Positions 48,127 to 61,700 of a DNA stretch of 64,000 nucleotides are shown here, piece after piece (positions within the stretch are counted from its first letter, which is position 1; each line of letters begins with the position of its first letter). The stretch is from the NCBI GenBank assembly GCA_009103225.1, contig RHPI01001517.1, forward strand, positions 260,505 through 324,504, written 5' to 3'. Position numbers and translations under genes: made by a program. Below the pieces are notes generated by a model. That model did no database searches, was not told the DNA's origin, and was given only the letters and a program-made list of their open reading frames with translations. Source of the DNA: Chlorokybus atmophyticus (taxonomy: Eukaryota; Plantae; Mesostigma and Chlorokybus algae).

Positions 48127-50180
48127 ATGGCGTTGATTGTTCCGCTTGCAACTGGTCCAAGGCGAGGCTTGCCCTGGACCCTACCCCAAGTCCACCCACT
48201 GCAAACCGCATGCAAACACCCCTCTGCACGCACCCGCCAGCTCACCGGTGTGAAGCACCCACGCGCGCGTGCAATAGTTCGCTGCTCCGCTGCCGCTTCT
48301 GAGCCTTTCGCTGCCAACGACAACAGTAGGCAGCTACAGGTGCACTTGTTGTGCAATACGCCTGCTGTGCTGCAACTGTGTTGCTTGCTTGCTCACAATC
48401 AGCATGTGCTGTCATTGTTTGGCAGTTGTACGACCGGATCCCCGAGAAGGGTTACCTACAAAGGCATCTGGCGTTACCACTGCAGTATGCCAGCATTCTA
48501 GTCGTGACCGGGCCATGCAACAGTAGCAAGTCCGCCTTGCTAAAAGAGCTGACAAAAGCAACAGCCCCCAACCAACCAGTGCTTTTTGTAAACATGCAAC
48601 ACCCCGACTGCTCCAGTGCCGAAAGTTTTGCGAAAGGACTGCGTCTAAGCATGCTGGAGTGGCTGGAAGGTATGAAGTGGAACGCCTCTGCTTACAATTC
48701 TCTACGTGCGTGGAGGCTTCATGAATTGAGCCAACAGTTGACGAAGCCTGGACTGGACTTCAACCAGGTCTTGTCCATGCTGAGAGATATTCTTTATGAC
48801 TGGTCCGACAACCCCTTTGGGAAGCCTGCCATCATGACCGCGGAAGAGACTGCATATTGGAGGACGCAGAGTGAGAAGCAACCAGTGCCAGTTATCATAC
48901 TCGATGACGCCGACCGACTGATGCAATGGCCTTCAGAGGATGCGTCGGCGTTGAAAACGCAGAGTGAGAAGCAACCAGTGCCAGTTATCATACTCGATGA
49001 CGCCGACCGACTGATGCAATGGCCTTCAGAGGATGCGTCGGCGTTGAAAACGCTGATGGGGTTGTTTGAGAAGATGACAAAGCAAGACGGTGTCGCGCAA
49101 CTGATCTTGGCGACCTCAAAATCCTTCTTGTGGGAATGGTTGTACAAATGTGAGTGTGAAACAAGTTGGTGCTTCAGTATTGTGAACATTGCCACACACA
49201 TACGCGCGCGCGCACGCACATACAAACACACACACTGCAATGACATTGTAAGTTTCCTTGTATGTAGACACACTTGCCGCAGAGGTGGTCGAGATTGGCC
49301 ATTTGCCTGAAGTTGAGGCGCGAGAGTGCTTCCATAACTTTCTGTTGCCATCGCATCTAGAGGTTCCCGAGGTTGTGTAAGGATTGCTGTCTATGATCGC
49401 ACGCATTCTGTCAGCAGCAGCGTTGATTGTAACTGATTTGCAACTATTTGTAGGCAGCGTGGCCGATGGTATATAGCGTCTGCGGCGGGAACATTTACGA
49501 CCTCAGAAGACTAATACACCGCATGGAAGTGTATATGAACAGAAGCGACCAAGGGTTGGAAGAAGGTGAGTTCGCTTTCTCGTATGTTTGTTGTCATGGT
49601 ACCACCCTTGTATGAAACATACACATAACACTGGGTTCATTGCCCATCTCAGCTTTGCAGTTCATGGTGCTGCAAGAGCGTCACCGCTTGGACCTCGGGC
49701 TGGAGCAAGAGTACTTCCGTTTGAGTCAAGATTTGCTGCCTCCTGGTTGCCCCTCTTCAACAACAGTCCTTTGGTCAGCCAAGCAATGTCAATGCGTGTA
49801 CCATGCGCTGGTCGAGCATGGCGGCCGAGTCCCATGGCGACACATGGTGGAGATGCTGCGCAACCTGCCCAAAGATGATACAGTAGACTTGAGGGAGAAT
49901 GCTGTCTTGAAGGCGCTTGTTCACGTGCATCTGGTAAGCAATAGGCAGTCTTTTGGCATAGTCACACGACTATGCTTGAACTTGTTTTGATTGTACTTAG
50001 CGCCGGATGCAACTTACTGTACTGCTGTGCCTCATGCAGGTATCACGCCGTATGTACACCAGTCTTACTCGCGATTACGACACTGACGACTTCTTGAACT
50101 CGGATGGCATGAGAGACCAGTTGGTCGTTCCATACAGCCCGGTCTCATTGGCGGCTCTGCGGCAGATGCAAGTTGGCTAA
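48127..50180 (+). CDS. Plastid-targeted P-loop NTPase (ATPase_2/AAA_16-like), multi-exon
   Basis: Transit-like exon 1 (...RARAIVRCSAA). YDRIPEKGYL..ILVVTGPCNSSKSALL (Walker A-like), VIILDDAD (Walker B, duplicated), VVEIGHLPEVEAR, WPMVYSVCGGNIYDL; TAA stop at 50178-50180. Confidence 0.75.
48864..49053. repeat. Exact 93-bp in-frame tandem duplication within the ATPase exon
   Basis: 48864-48956 equals 48957-49049, followed by ACGC (49050-49053); encodes TQSEKQPVPVIILDDADRLMQWPSEDASALK twice. Confidence 0.97.
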
Positions 50181-51997
50181 GTTAACCGGACGAGTGGTGG
50201 TAGCGATGTGGAAGCTTTATGCATGGTTCCCTTTATCACTCGTCAAGTATGCTATGGCCCTCCCGCTCTACTGTGACGCCACAATTACAATTCACACTAC
50301 TACTTCTTTGTTCAGCGTGTTGCGTTGCGGTGGGAGGCTCAAGCCCATCGTTGGCAGGCTCATCACATAAGGCCCTCCATACTGGACCGCTCACTTGCTT
50401 GAGGGAAATGGAATTTCAATTTCGATTGGCGCCTGCCTTGTCTTGTAATGCAGCTTGTTGGGAGGAACGAACAGCCCTCCGCCACTCGTCTTGCTTGCCC
50501 CTTTGTGGGTGCCGGTGAACCGTCTCCTTCTATTAACTCTTGAGTAGCTCTTCCGTCCGGTGGTTCTCTCTAAAAGCTGTGGGTTGGCCGCCTGTGGTAT
50601 CATTCGTCACGACTCCTCCTCCTGCCCTTTGCTGCTGCTGCTGCTGCTACACTGTAATCGCTGGCGTCGCTGCTACACTGACTCTCAATTACATCTGTAT
50701 TTCTTGTCTTTTCATTGACCCGCGGTGTCTCCAACCACCTTCCATCTTCGCAGAGTTGTGGGCTGCCAGTCTGGTGCGGTTGCACTTGGCAGTCCACCAC
50801 CCCACTCCTGTTCCGCTCAAGCTACCGCCTCTTTCGCGTTTTCCTCTCTCCCATTTCAACTCTCTTGCTCAACATTCAACAACCGGTTTCTGCGGGTGTG
50901 ACTTCTCTGTAGCCTCTCTGCTCTGCTGCTGCGCCCCCAGGTGCATGATGTTTGCTAGTGACGTGGTAGGCACGGTGGAGGATGCTATAACTGACACACA
51001 TTGCAGTGATATAGTGATATGTGTTGCCATTAACCATGCGACTTTGAGCGTCTCGTTGGAGGATGGAGCAGGGGTTGATATTGTGTGCTTGCCAACGCAT
51101 GAGCAAATGGTGTTCATCTAATCGCAAGTGTCAATCACAGCTAGCGCTCGAGTAGCAAGGCTTCGAGGACGGCAGGAATGTCCTTGCGATTGTACAGCAA
51201 GTTCTTCTTCTGTGTGTGCATCTACACTACACGAGCCTTAATTCTTGGGCTGTAAGTGAGCAAGCGCTATGGTGCTCACTAATTACCTAGCTTGCGGTGG
51301 AGGCTGTTGTTGTGGAAATACTTATTTGCAATGAGCAGTGCTATACAGCACTGCTGGTAGCTGGTTCTCCGGATCGCGCTTGAGGGAGTGGTACCCGCAT
51401 GTGCATGCGCGGGTCAAAAGGTGTGTCGACAGCTACATCTGGTGACATGCGTGCACCGTGCGTGGGTGCGTGCGTGCGCATGTCAGCAGATACATCTGTG
51501 GAAGTCATGGTCGATGATGCACTTGCACTCACCAAAGTGTGGGCTGCCAATGGCGGTCATGTTTGGGAGCGCCTCACCAGGCGGAGTGCACCAGATGCCC
51601 TGCACACATGATGGCACACACGGTGCACGTTGTGTCCTCGCAGCAAGGTAGGAAGTAAACGACATACACCGTATCTTGGCATGGCAAAGTTTAACCTGAC
51701 CTGGACCACTCCGTGATACATATACGCACAGGCAGCAAAGCATTGTGCCACAGCAGTGCTCTGCAATCACACACCGTTGTGTGATTGCCACAAGAGCACG
51801 AGTTGTAGCGGTAACTGTAATTTCCTGCTGATGATGTGGTATGCCCTCACTCAACACCAGACTCTCCTACCAACACCCTGAAGAATGCGCTACTTCAGCA
51901 GCCAGTATGCGGGGGGCACTAGCCCAGGTATGCCCTTTGCCCCCGCAAACCCGATTGCCTGCGGCCGTTTGCACAACCACCCAATAGCCACTTTGGG

Positions 51998-52600
51998 NNN
52001 NNNNNNNNNNNNNNNNNNNNNNNNNNNNNNNNNNNNNNNNNNNNNNNNNNNNNNNNNNNNNNNNNNNNNNNNNNNNNNNNNNNNNNNNNNNNNNNNNNNN
52101 NNNNNNNNNNNNNNNNNNNNNNNNNNNNNNNNNNNNNNNNNNNNNNNNNNNNNNNNNNNNNNNNNNNNNNNNNNNNNNNNNNNNNNNNNNNNNNNNNNNN
52201 NNNNNNNNNNNNNNNNNNNNNNNNNNNNNNNNNNNNNNNNNNNNNNNNNNNNNNNNNNNNNNNNNNNNNNNNNNNNNNNNNNNNNNNNNNNNNNNNNNNN
52301 NNNNNNNNNNNNNNNNNNNNNNNNNNNNNNNNNNNNNNNNNNNNNNNNNNNNNNNNNNNNNNNNNNNNNNNNNNNNNNNNNNNNNNNNNNNNNNNNNNNN
52401 NNNNNNNNNNNNNNNNNNNNNNNNNNNNNNNNNNNNNNNNNNNNNNNNNNNNNNNNNNNNNNNNNNNNNNNNNNNNNNNNNNNNNNNNNNNNNNNNNNNN
52501 NNNNNNNNNNNNNNNNNNNNNNNNNNNNNNNNNNNNNNNNNNNNNNNNNNNNNNNNNNNNNNNNNNNNNNNNNNNNNNNNNNNNNNNNNNNNNNNNNNNN
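51998..52600. other. Assembly gap (603 N)
   Basis: N run flanked by G runs. Confidence 0.99.
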
Positions 52601-55600
52601 GGGGGGAGTCTTACACCCACGTGTACACGCGCATATCCATACACGCACACGCAGGCAGGATGATCATCTCGCGCAAACACACACACACACATTCCTTGTT
52701 GTTCACCTAATTCAACAAGTTGGTTGCAAGGCTGCAATAGCCAAGGACTTGTAGACGGCGTGCCTCGTTTTGGCGAATGCCGATCTGCACTGTCGGGTAC
52801 TATATCACGCTAAACAAAATCCCTTTGCATACCCATAACGCTACCGACTACCGAATGCAACGGCAGGAAATCAGTCAGTACTGCAGTACCTGGCTGATGT
52901 CAGCCAGGGCAAGAAGGAATACAACCAACCAATCAACCGCGTGTCGCAGTCGTTGGGCTAATGCTGATGTTGCAACAACTTCATTTTACAACACACAACC
53001 ACAACCACAGGCTGTGCAGCGCTACGTGCCGTACCCATCGCTGTCATGCACACACGACTTTATGCGGCTCGCAAGGCTGTGTATTCACACCGCTGCAGCT
53101 GGCAACGTAGCAACCGTGCACAGATACTCCCTCGTTCATCTCCCACTCGTATAGCTTTTGAGCTCATCCGAGTTAGGGACAAAGAAAGAAAAGAGAAAAT
53201 CACGAGTAACGTGAGCTTGCCTCGCGTATCTTGTGCCATTTTCACTCAGCAGCGCTCAGTAGTAGTATCGCACACACCTACTCTTTGTTGGGTGTGTAAC
53301 ACCATCACACACCACTACACACTTGGGACTGACCTAGCACGACATGATGTGGCCAACCGTTTGCACACCCATGTCCATATGTGTATACGCACACCTATGT
53401 ACATATGCATATATTCTGGACGTCTGCTTGACGCGTGCATGACGACCCGCTCGAAGCACGTGCGTCAGGTGACATTGCAGTCAAGTACAGCTGCCTCGCC
53501 CTGCCTGGCCCAAAGTCTTTACTGGCTTGGATAGAAGAAGCCGACAACCACACCTTACGCAGATCTGCAACCGCCCTTTGCCCTGGCGGAATGCATGCCA
53601 GCCTGCTGCCGTTGCACACGCCAGACCGACACTGTATTGGCTGGCGCAGGGGCTGTGTGATGCGTGTATGTGTGCCAGCATGTGTGGCAGGGTGAGGCGG
53701 TGGAGGTGGTATTACTAGCTGGTGGCATAGCAATGGCAGCGGTTGATTGGGGTGGTTGCACACAGAACACCACAGACTGTGAGTCCGACCTGACATGCGT
53801 TATGAGCTGTGATGTCTTTATCGGTGCTTACACGCGCTTCAAGCTGCATATGCATGTGGCTATTCGCCGTTGACATCTTTGTACACACAGAGCCAATGGC
53901 TGACAAAGACATACACTATTAACCACAGATGTGGCACGTAGCGTGAGTCGCTCACTACCACATGTGACTCGCCGGCCTCCTACTGCGCACTTGAGAGACG
54001 ACATGCATGCATGCGTGATTCATTGGGGTCAGGGCAGGTAGGTTACTAGTAGCTGCAGGGCATAAAGTAGTAGCTTATAGCATAGGTAAGATGAGTGCGG
54101 CATGCCACATCACGTGATGGTGAGTTAGCTGAGTGCTGCAACTGGTATGCCGTAAGCAGTGTGACTATGTTGACGCGGAATATTGAATGTGGTGATCACC
54201 TTGAGCTCTCTGCACGCACCACATAACTCAGTACCACGCACACCACCTCTCACGCAGTTAACATTTGCATTTGCATCAGCACCACCGCACAACAACAGGG
54301 GTCTCATCGCACAAACGTTGACACGTGACGGTGTGGTCGTCATTATGTATCTGCGGACGTTGGCAGCTGCTTCAGGTGTTGATGTTGCTTGTCACAACAA
54401 CACGCTATAGCGACTGCAATCCATGCTGAGCTGCCATGGCTGCCGCAAGGGCTGAGCTTCAGTCCATGGCGAAGGGTGGGTGGCCGGGTGGCTTGTTGGT
54501 GAGTGTGACAGACATAACAGATCGCTTGTATGCCAGCCATTGCGGGCCATGAGCCAGGGCGAGGCAGCTAACCTTTACTTGCATTGTCATTGTACGCACA
54601 CTTTGCAAGCGCCTCGTCATGGAAGCAATTGTTCTTCACATGACGTGCAACGTCAGCATCTCCAAGCGTGTGGGTGTGCGCGGTTCAACTGCTGAGTAAA
54701 AGCCACAAGATACAAAGGCAAGCTCGCATTGTGCATGACCCTTAATCGTTCGTTGCTCCCAACTCAGATGACAATGAAAGCAAGGATATGTCAAAGCAGA
54801 CGAAAGGCAGATGAGGGAGTGTATGCACGATTTTCTGCTGCAGCAACGTGGATACACAACCGTTGGATTTGCGAGGGCGAGTCTCACACAATGTCAACGC
54901 GTATATATGACAGCCATAGGTATGGTACATGTTGCTGTTGCCGTGAGGCCAAGCAAATGTGTTTAAAAGTCCTGTAAAGATGACAACAGTGACAGTTCGG
55001 TGCTAATGTGCAGGCAACCGTGAAGAACTTTGGTGCAAGTAGCGATGCGGCAACCAAGCTACAAGGACAACTATGCGGAGTTGTGGCTATCAAGGCAGCA
55101 GGCTGAACTGGCTTACAAAACATCACCTGGAATGGGATGGCATCCACCTCCCAGCGCTTCAACATCATCAATTCTTGTAAGCAATGGCTGTTCAAGCTAG
55201 ACCACTGAGCTGCTTCAATAGCAACAGTATCTAATGATGTTCCGAAGCACAACGCATACAGCAGCAACGACAACCACTTGCACGATGTTTCCCAACAACC
55301 ATATGAGTCTGGGGGGCGAGTTGCAAACGGCTGTCAGGTCTGTAAAGGTGTTGAGGGTGTTAAATGGCGTCCATAAGAATTTCTGGGTTCCCTTCAAAAC
55401 AATGGTACCCATGAGAAGTTTAAATGCGCCAGGCCCTTCAGCACAGTGACCGCCCAGTGCCGCGTGCATGTCTCCAAGTCGCTGTACACCTTGACGCCAC
55501 CGATGCTCGCTAAGCTTCCTGTCGCTGGCTGCTTAACACACAGCAAACGCAAACAAAGGTTACTGCTCTCCCTGTCACACGCCTATATGCACTCTGGTGA

Positions 55601-56099
55601 CTGCACACATGTGCGTGCATAAGGTCAAACAGACACGCATGTGTTCGCATGCGCCACTTCACTGTATCGCATAGTATTGTAAGAAGCCAATGGCCACCCT
55701 GTTGTCTTGCCATGCACTGCATATGGCATACATGTATCCTTCATATGCGTGGACACTTGGCCGCCAAGGCTTGCTCACCTAAGTACACCACTCGTGTCGT
55801 GCGTTGTATAGCGCAACACATTTCGCAGTAAATACGTACGCGGCTGCATGCGCGCGTGCAAAGTCTCCAGTTAAAACAACACTTTTTGTGTATTTTTTTG
55901 GGCACGCAAAACGGAGGTGTATTAAGACCATCATGGCAGTTGCAATGTTTGGCATCTACTTATTACAGCAGACATAAACATGCAACCGCGTAAAGCAGGC
56001 GAGGGTAACAGGAAAAAGATTGTAGCTAGTGATGAGACAACGTCACATATGAGGTTGGAGATGAGGAAGCCCATGAAGCGAAAGATGGCCCTTTTCAGC

Positions 56100-59000
56100 A
56101 TTGGTGTCGGGGAGGGGAGGAGGTGGACAGAGACATGAGGACAAGTAAATAGAGAAGAGTATACATGAGGAGGGCTAAGAGAGAACGGAGGGATGCCATA
56201 CGATTGATGAAAATGAGAGGGACCAGGTTGATGAGCAGAGAAGGTTGTTGTTCAAGTTCTCGTCTACATGGGGCTTCAAAGCCCCATGTAGACTAGAACT
56301 TGTTGAATGCTAGGAGGCGTGTATCCTCAGAGCTGGAAGTAGGGGTAACACGATGCCAGTCTCTTTCGGCATGTTGTAGGATGGAGTGAGAAAGGGCGGA
56401 TATGCATTGCTGAGAGGATGTTGTATGATTGTCAAACCTGCACCTGTTGCGGGAGATCCATATCTGCCAAAGCGACATGGGAAACATGATGTACCACATG
56501 TGGCGGAGGTGTGAAGGGCCATGGGGAGGGTGTAGCCGGAGAGAGAGGCCAGCTTCAGGTGTAGCAAGCCTCCTCCAAGGCTTGACCACAGGTGCTGGAA
56601 CCAATCCCACACTAGCTGGCTGTAGCTGCATTCCACAAAGAGGTGAGAGGGAGACTCTTGCTGTTGCTAATCGCAAAGCAAGCAATCCCCATCAGTCATG
56701 CGAAAGCGAGCCAGACAGCCGCCTATGTACAAGGCCTTGTGAAGAAGAAGCTACATAAAAGAGCAGATTGAACATTCTATAGTAGAGGCTCAAATGCTCT
56801 TCCACAGGGTGGGCTAGTGGACTCCTTCCTGTTCTGCTATAGTCCATCTGCGCAGAGATGCATCGGATGCAGAATGGAGGCTAGAGAGAATTATGTAGCC
56901 CACCTCAGAGTTGTAATCGCACAGGGAGGTGACTGTCTGTCGGGGTGCTAGGGACATGGCCAGAGTTGAAGCAAGGGTCGACATGAAGGAATATGAGAGG
57001 GGACGAACCTACCACCCGCCACCCTATGAACCTGGTGCTGGGCGGAAGGGCTTGCCACTCAGTGCTCTCAGTGCGGACCCGGGTTTTATGGGGGGACTGC
57101 CAACGTGCGGGGAGAGGGAGCACTAGAATACGGACAAGCAACATCAGTGCAGGTTGACACCTGCACTGATGTTAGCTGAGGAGGAAAGTGTGACGTGTTC
57201 TTCTCCTGTTGGCTGGAATGCAGTGCCTTATGTCCTCGAGTGATGTGCGTGCGACACATACACCACCATGTGTATGGCTGCAAGAGGGGTAGAAGTGCCC
57301 CACCATTCAACTGACAATGGAGATCTCACACCTGCTGCCAGAATGGAATGCCAGCTGGGGGGGAGCGCAGACAGCAGGAAGGTGAATTGGGTTTCCACTC
57401 CTGTGAGTGAGAAAGAAAGCCATCAGTGGAGTGTGCTAGCTGAAAAAAAGCCTCTGGTTGTTGTGTTGTTCCAGAGGGAGCGAAATTTGTGAAACTCATC
57501 TGTTGCCCACTGCCGCCAGGCGCGCCTGAACACTGCTGTCGCACCAAGCGCCATGTCGTCTTCATCCTTACTGTGGGCGTTGAGGAACAGTGGTTGGCGA
57601 AGCACTTCATCGTATGTTTAAGAAGGTGGAGGGGGGCAGGGTCTCACCTCCGTCCATGCCTTGACGATGTGATGCTAGTGAGAAGGAATGTGCTTCAGTG
57701 AAAGGCCTGTCGTTGCCAAGAGAGCTGCACCTGTTGGGATCCATCTCATTGACGCCGGGGGGTGCTGATGACGAAGAGGGTATGAATTCGCAGCCCCACT
57801 CGTCCACGAAGTGGTAACCTTGGACTTTCCACGGGGCCCATGAGGGATCTGTGAGACGGACTGCCCACTTTGTAAGCAGTTCAGTAGTCTACCAACCGGG
57901 GTCATGCACGCTCAAGCGTCCTCTGAAAATGGGCTGACACATCGTAGCCCAGTCCACTAGACCTCCTGCTGTTGAAGAGGAGCGCTTCCACAGAAAAGAG
58001 CGAATATGTGATGGCATGCAGTGAGGAGGGAGGGGCTGAGACCACTGCTGCCATGTGCCACATGCATGTTAAGAGAGCATGAGAAGGGTTGATGGCTCGA
58101 CGCGTTAAGGAAAGAGGGCTGACGTTGCCACCGTTGCAGCCGTTGTTGCATAGTATTGATGACTTGGTCAAAGAGTTGCTGCTAGTTCAGGCTGAGGCCG
58201 ATTGGGGACTTTGAACACTTCAATTACCTCATGTGGCTGAAGCCATGTCGCTCCCTAGTCAGGAAGCGGAGAAGGAGTGGGACCCAATGCTATGCCGAGC
58301 AGATGTTTTGAATGAGTCTTGCAGGCCGGCAAAAGAGGCTTGTATGCGAAGCAAGTACACCTCCGTATCATTTGCAACTTGTGTGTAGCGAAGTTCTGCA
58401 TCTTCCTGTGGGCCGTTTGTTGGGAAGAGGAATGCCTTGAATGGTTGTGGAGTTGCGGACGAGAGCACCAAGCGCCTTTGTTGCAATGATGAAGGAACGG
58501 GGCTAGAGAGCAGCCTTGGCGTACACTTCCCTGCAATGGAAATGAGCGAGATCGAAACCCGTTGATATTGACACATCTGGGTCCACCCCCGCTGAGTGTG
58601 CGCACCCAGTCACACCACCTTGGGGAAAAGCTCAAGCGAAGATCAACAGAGTTGAGGAAGTCCCAGTCCAACCCATTAAAGGCTTTTTCGAAGTCAAGTA
58701 AGAGAAGTGCGTGAGCCATGGCGTCCAGTGCGGTCAACACATTGTCGAGGATGTAACGGTGAGGAACAAACCCAACTTGTGTGGGATGGATGCATGCTGA
58801 AAGGTGTGGGCTCGATTTTAAGGCGAGTGCCTTGGCCAAGATGATTATAAAAGAACGGGGAGAAGGGTGATGCATCTCAAATTGCGCAGCATGCCTCTGT
58901 CTCCTTTTTTTGTAAAGGAGTACCACCACGCCTAACCCTTGTGTTTCCTCCATCTGGCCGGACTCCAAGACGTGCTGACAGTAGCTCAAGTACTGCTCTC

Positions 59001-61700
59001 CCAACATTGGCTAAAAGTGTTGCCAAATGGGACAGACAAGCCATCTTCACCTGGTGCTTTTTAGGGTGACATGCTGTTGACTGCTGCTTCCAACTAAGCA
59101 AGGAGGAAAAGGGCTTTCGAAGCTTCAGAAGGTGTGATGCGGGTTAAGAGTAATCTCAAACATTTTAATGTGGTTGCGTGCACGTCCTCTCTGACACGTG
59201 AATGAGAAGAGTTCAGTGCAGAAGTCTGCTCTGGTTTCGCACATTGCTTATGGGTCGGTGAGAGGAGGGAGAAAGTTCATGTTCCTTGAGTGATAAAGTG
59301 CATGTGGTTGGATGATGAAAGTGACTTGCCCAGCTTGAAGAATGAAGCTGTCATTCGTTTTTCCTTTAAGAGCCATTTTGTAGCTCTCCGCAATAAAGCA
59401 TGCTCAAGGTTTGTTGCATGTACCTCTTATAAGGAAAGAAGAATGCGCTCATGGTCCTCATACAGTGATGTGTCTTGTGGAGAGAGTGACAGAAGGGTCA
59501 CTACCTCCTCAAGCTCTGTTGCCAGCTTTTCAAGAATAGTGGCGCAGTGCTGTGTGTTCTTGCGCATGTGCTGCTTGGCTACTGCCTGTACTCTTGTAAG
59601 TACATCCTCAAATCAGCTAATGTAGTCTTGCGGGTTAAAGGGGGGTGATGTTGAGAGCATGCTCCATAACTCTTCTACTTTAGTGACAAAGCGGGCATCA
59701 ATAATGAGGGCTGCATCAAACCTGTAAAGTCCTTTGCCTCGTGTTGTTTGATCAATTGCTTGAAGCTCTATGTGGATGGGGGTGTGATCCGATGCCCACT
59801 CCGCCGTAATGATGTCTGCTGCCTTCACTGAGGAGAGAAGAGTAGAGGAAGCGTAGAAGCAGTTCAGACGAGCCAAACGGCGTGCTGTGCCTTTCTTATG
59901 GTTGTCCTAGGTGATAGTCTAGACTGTAGGGTGATGACATCGCCAAGCATCTTCCACTTCAAGGTGTTGTTGGATAGATGACATGAGAGTGTGGCCGACC
60001 ATTCCCGCCAGAGTGTCATAGTGGGAGAGGTCACAAGATTCTTCCTCCACACATTATCAATCACCACCCAGAATATACCAATCCGCAGGTGGACGAACCT
60101 GGCGCAATGAAGAGATACAGGTTTCTTTTTCTGGATTGTCATTAGATGGCGTGTACATACTGCTGAGTAGAAGCACACCACTGTTCCATAACAAACGAAG
60201 CCAACAGCAATGGTGAGGAACAGCCACTCCTGAGTCAATGAATTCTGGATGCCACTCTGATGGAAACAGAATAGCTACCCCCTCTTTCGTGCCATCCGCA
60301 GGGGCCCATATGGAGCCTCCCTTCCATGCATGTTGCACAAGCCAAGAAGCAGAGGAGAAGGTGCCATTTCTTTTTTCTTTTAACATAAAGCACCTTTGCC
60401 TGAGCGAGAGGGGTGATGACAATGAGGGAAAACGACATCTTTGCGTGAGGCTTCAAATGTGGTGCGTGGAGAATTCAGCCCACACACATTTAAAGACCAC
60501 GCATGGATGTCACTAGCTTGCATGGAGTTGCTCGTTCAAATCCCAGAACTCTCCCCTAAAAGTACTTTGAGATGCAAAAGTCCGACTACGAGAAAGGCCA
60601 GGTTGTGTATGGTTGAGGTGCGTGCACACTTAATTGCACGTTGGACGCTTGCTCTGCCTGTTGAAGGATGTTGATGGAGGCTTGGGTGAGAAGCGTGGAT
60701 GGGCCGTCATCAACACCAGCAACAAGACCAGGTTGTAGCCAGGGGATGTCCGCAGTCTCTGTCACGTTGAGGGGGTCTTCTTATTCTGCCTCCGCATGAT
60801 TAAGGTAAGGAACACAGCCACGAGATCACCTGTATCATCCCGTCAGTGCTTGTGTAATGTGTAAAGCTAAGCTTTGGGGAGTGGGTGAGACTCGCTTGTG
60901 GGTTGATGCCTAACATCTAAAAAGCATGGAGGCGAGAGTGATTTTGGCGTTAATGCTCTTCCACCTGTAATGGTGGGGAAAGAGAGGTGAGGGGATGTCG
61001 TTCTCAACATGCCCAACCACCAACTGTAGTTGCACCATCTGAAGACCATTGTTGAAACACGTGGCTCAGAGCGCGAGGAGAACATGGGTGTTGAGGACGG
61101 TGGGGGTGGGGGTGGGGGTGGGGGTGGGGGTAAATGGGCTGTAGGTGGGGTGGCTGCAATAGACACATCCAGCCTGCGCGCTCTCGGGTGTAATGAGGTT
61201 GGAAAATGGGGGCATGTGTGACGGCGGTTCGACGGGAGTTGGTGTGATGGTGGCATGAGCGGGAGTTGGCAGGGTGAGTTGGGGAATCTTATGGCAAAGT
61301 GTGGGTTTTGTGGTAGTGGTGGTCCCCTTGGAAGGGGTGGGCTGCGCCATCCTCCAGCCGCAGGGTCAGTTCCATAAGTGGGGGGTCGTGCTTGTTGTTG
61401 ACCGGGAAGTGCTCAATTAGGTGGTCCTCCATCCATATGAGAGCAGTATCCGCCAGCTTTTGTGTTGTGACTTTGATTATCCTGCCTGATCTGCCAGGTA
61501 GCGACCTGGCCCATTCGTCCAAGTCTATGCAACTCTGGCGAGGTCGTTGAGCAGGGATGAATTATCCTACAGGAAGATTGGACATATCAGGTACAAAACC
61601 GGTTGTGTCTTCCTACCGCCTTGCACTACAACAGCTGAAAAAAGGATCAATTCCAGCTTCACCTTAAGGGTGTTGTTGATGTCAATGCCAGCCTTCCTTA
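56100..61700 (-). mobile_element. Decayed L1/Tx1-like LINE (ORF1 region plus ORF2 APE-RT-zf); boundaries approximate
   Basis: AWSLNVCGLNSP (about 60510), GVAILF, SMYTP, WYILGGD, RLNCFY, SDHTPI (APE). VVLLYKK, ILAKAL, HPTQVGFVPHR.ILDN, LLDFEKAFNGLDWDFL, SVRQGCSLAPFL and VANDTEVYL (RT). WQIW..RNR near 56450. Many stops and frameshifts. Confidence 0.9.

Noticed and set aside
51885-52754. 250-290-aa ORFs spanning the N gaps (also 8683-9126 and 6205-6630)
   Set aside because: Length is an artefact of N codons.
50300-56000. Exon-like segments (for example 50876-51127, 52777-53534, 55010-55190)
   Set aside because: Frames contain stops and I could not recognise any family motif; left unannotated rather than guessed.
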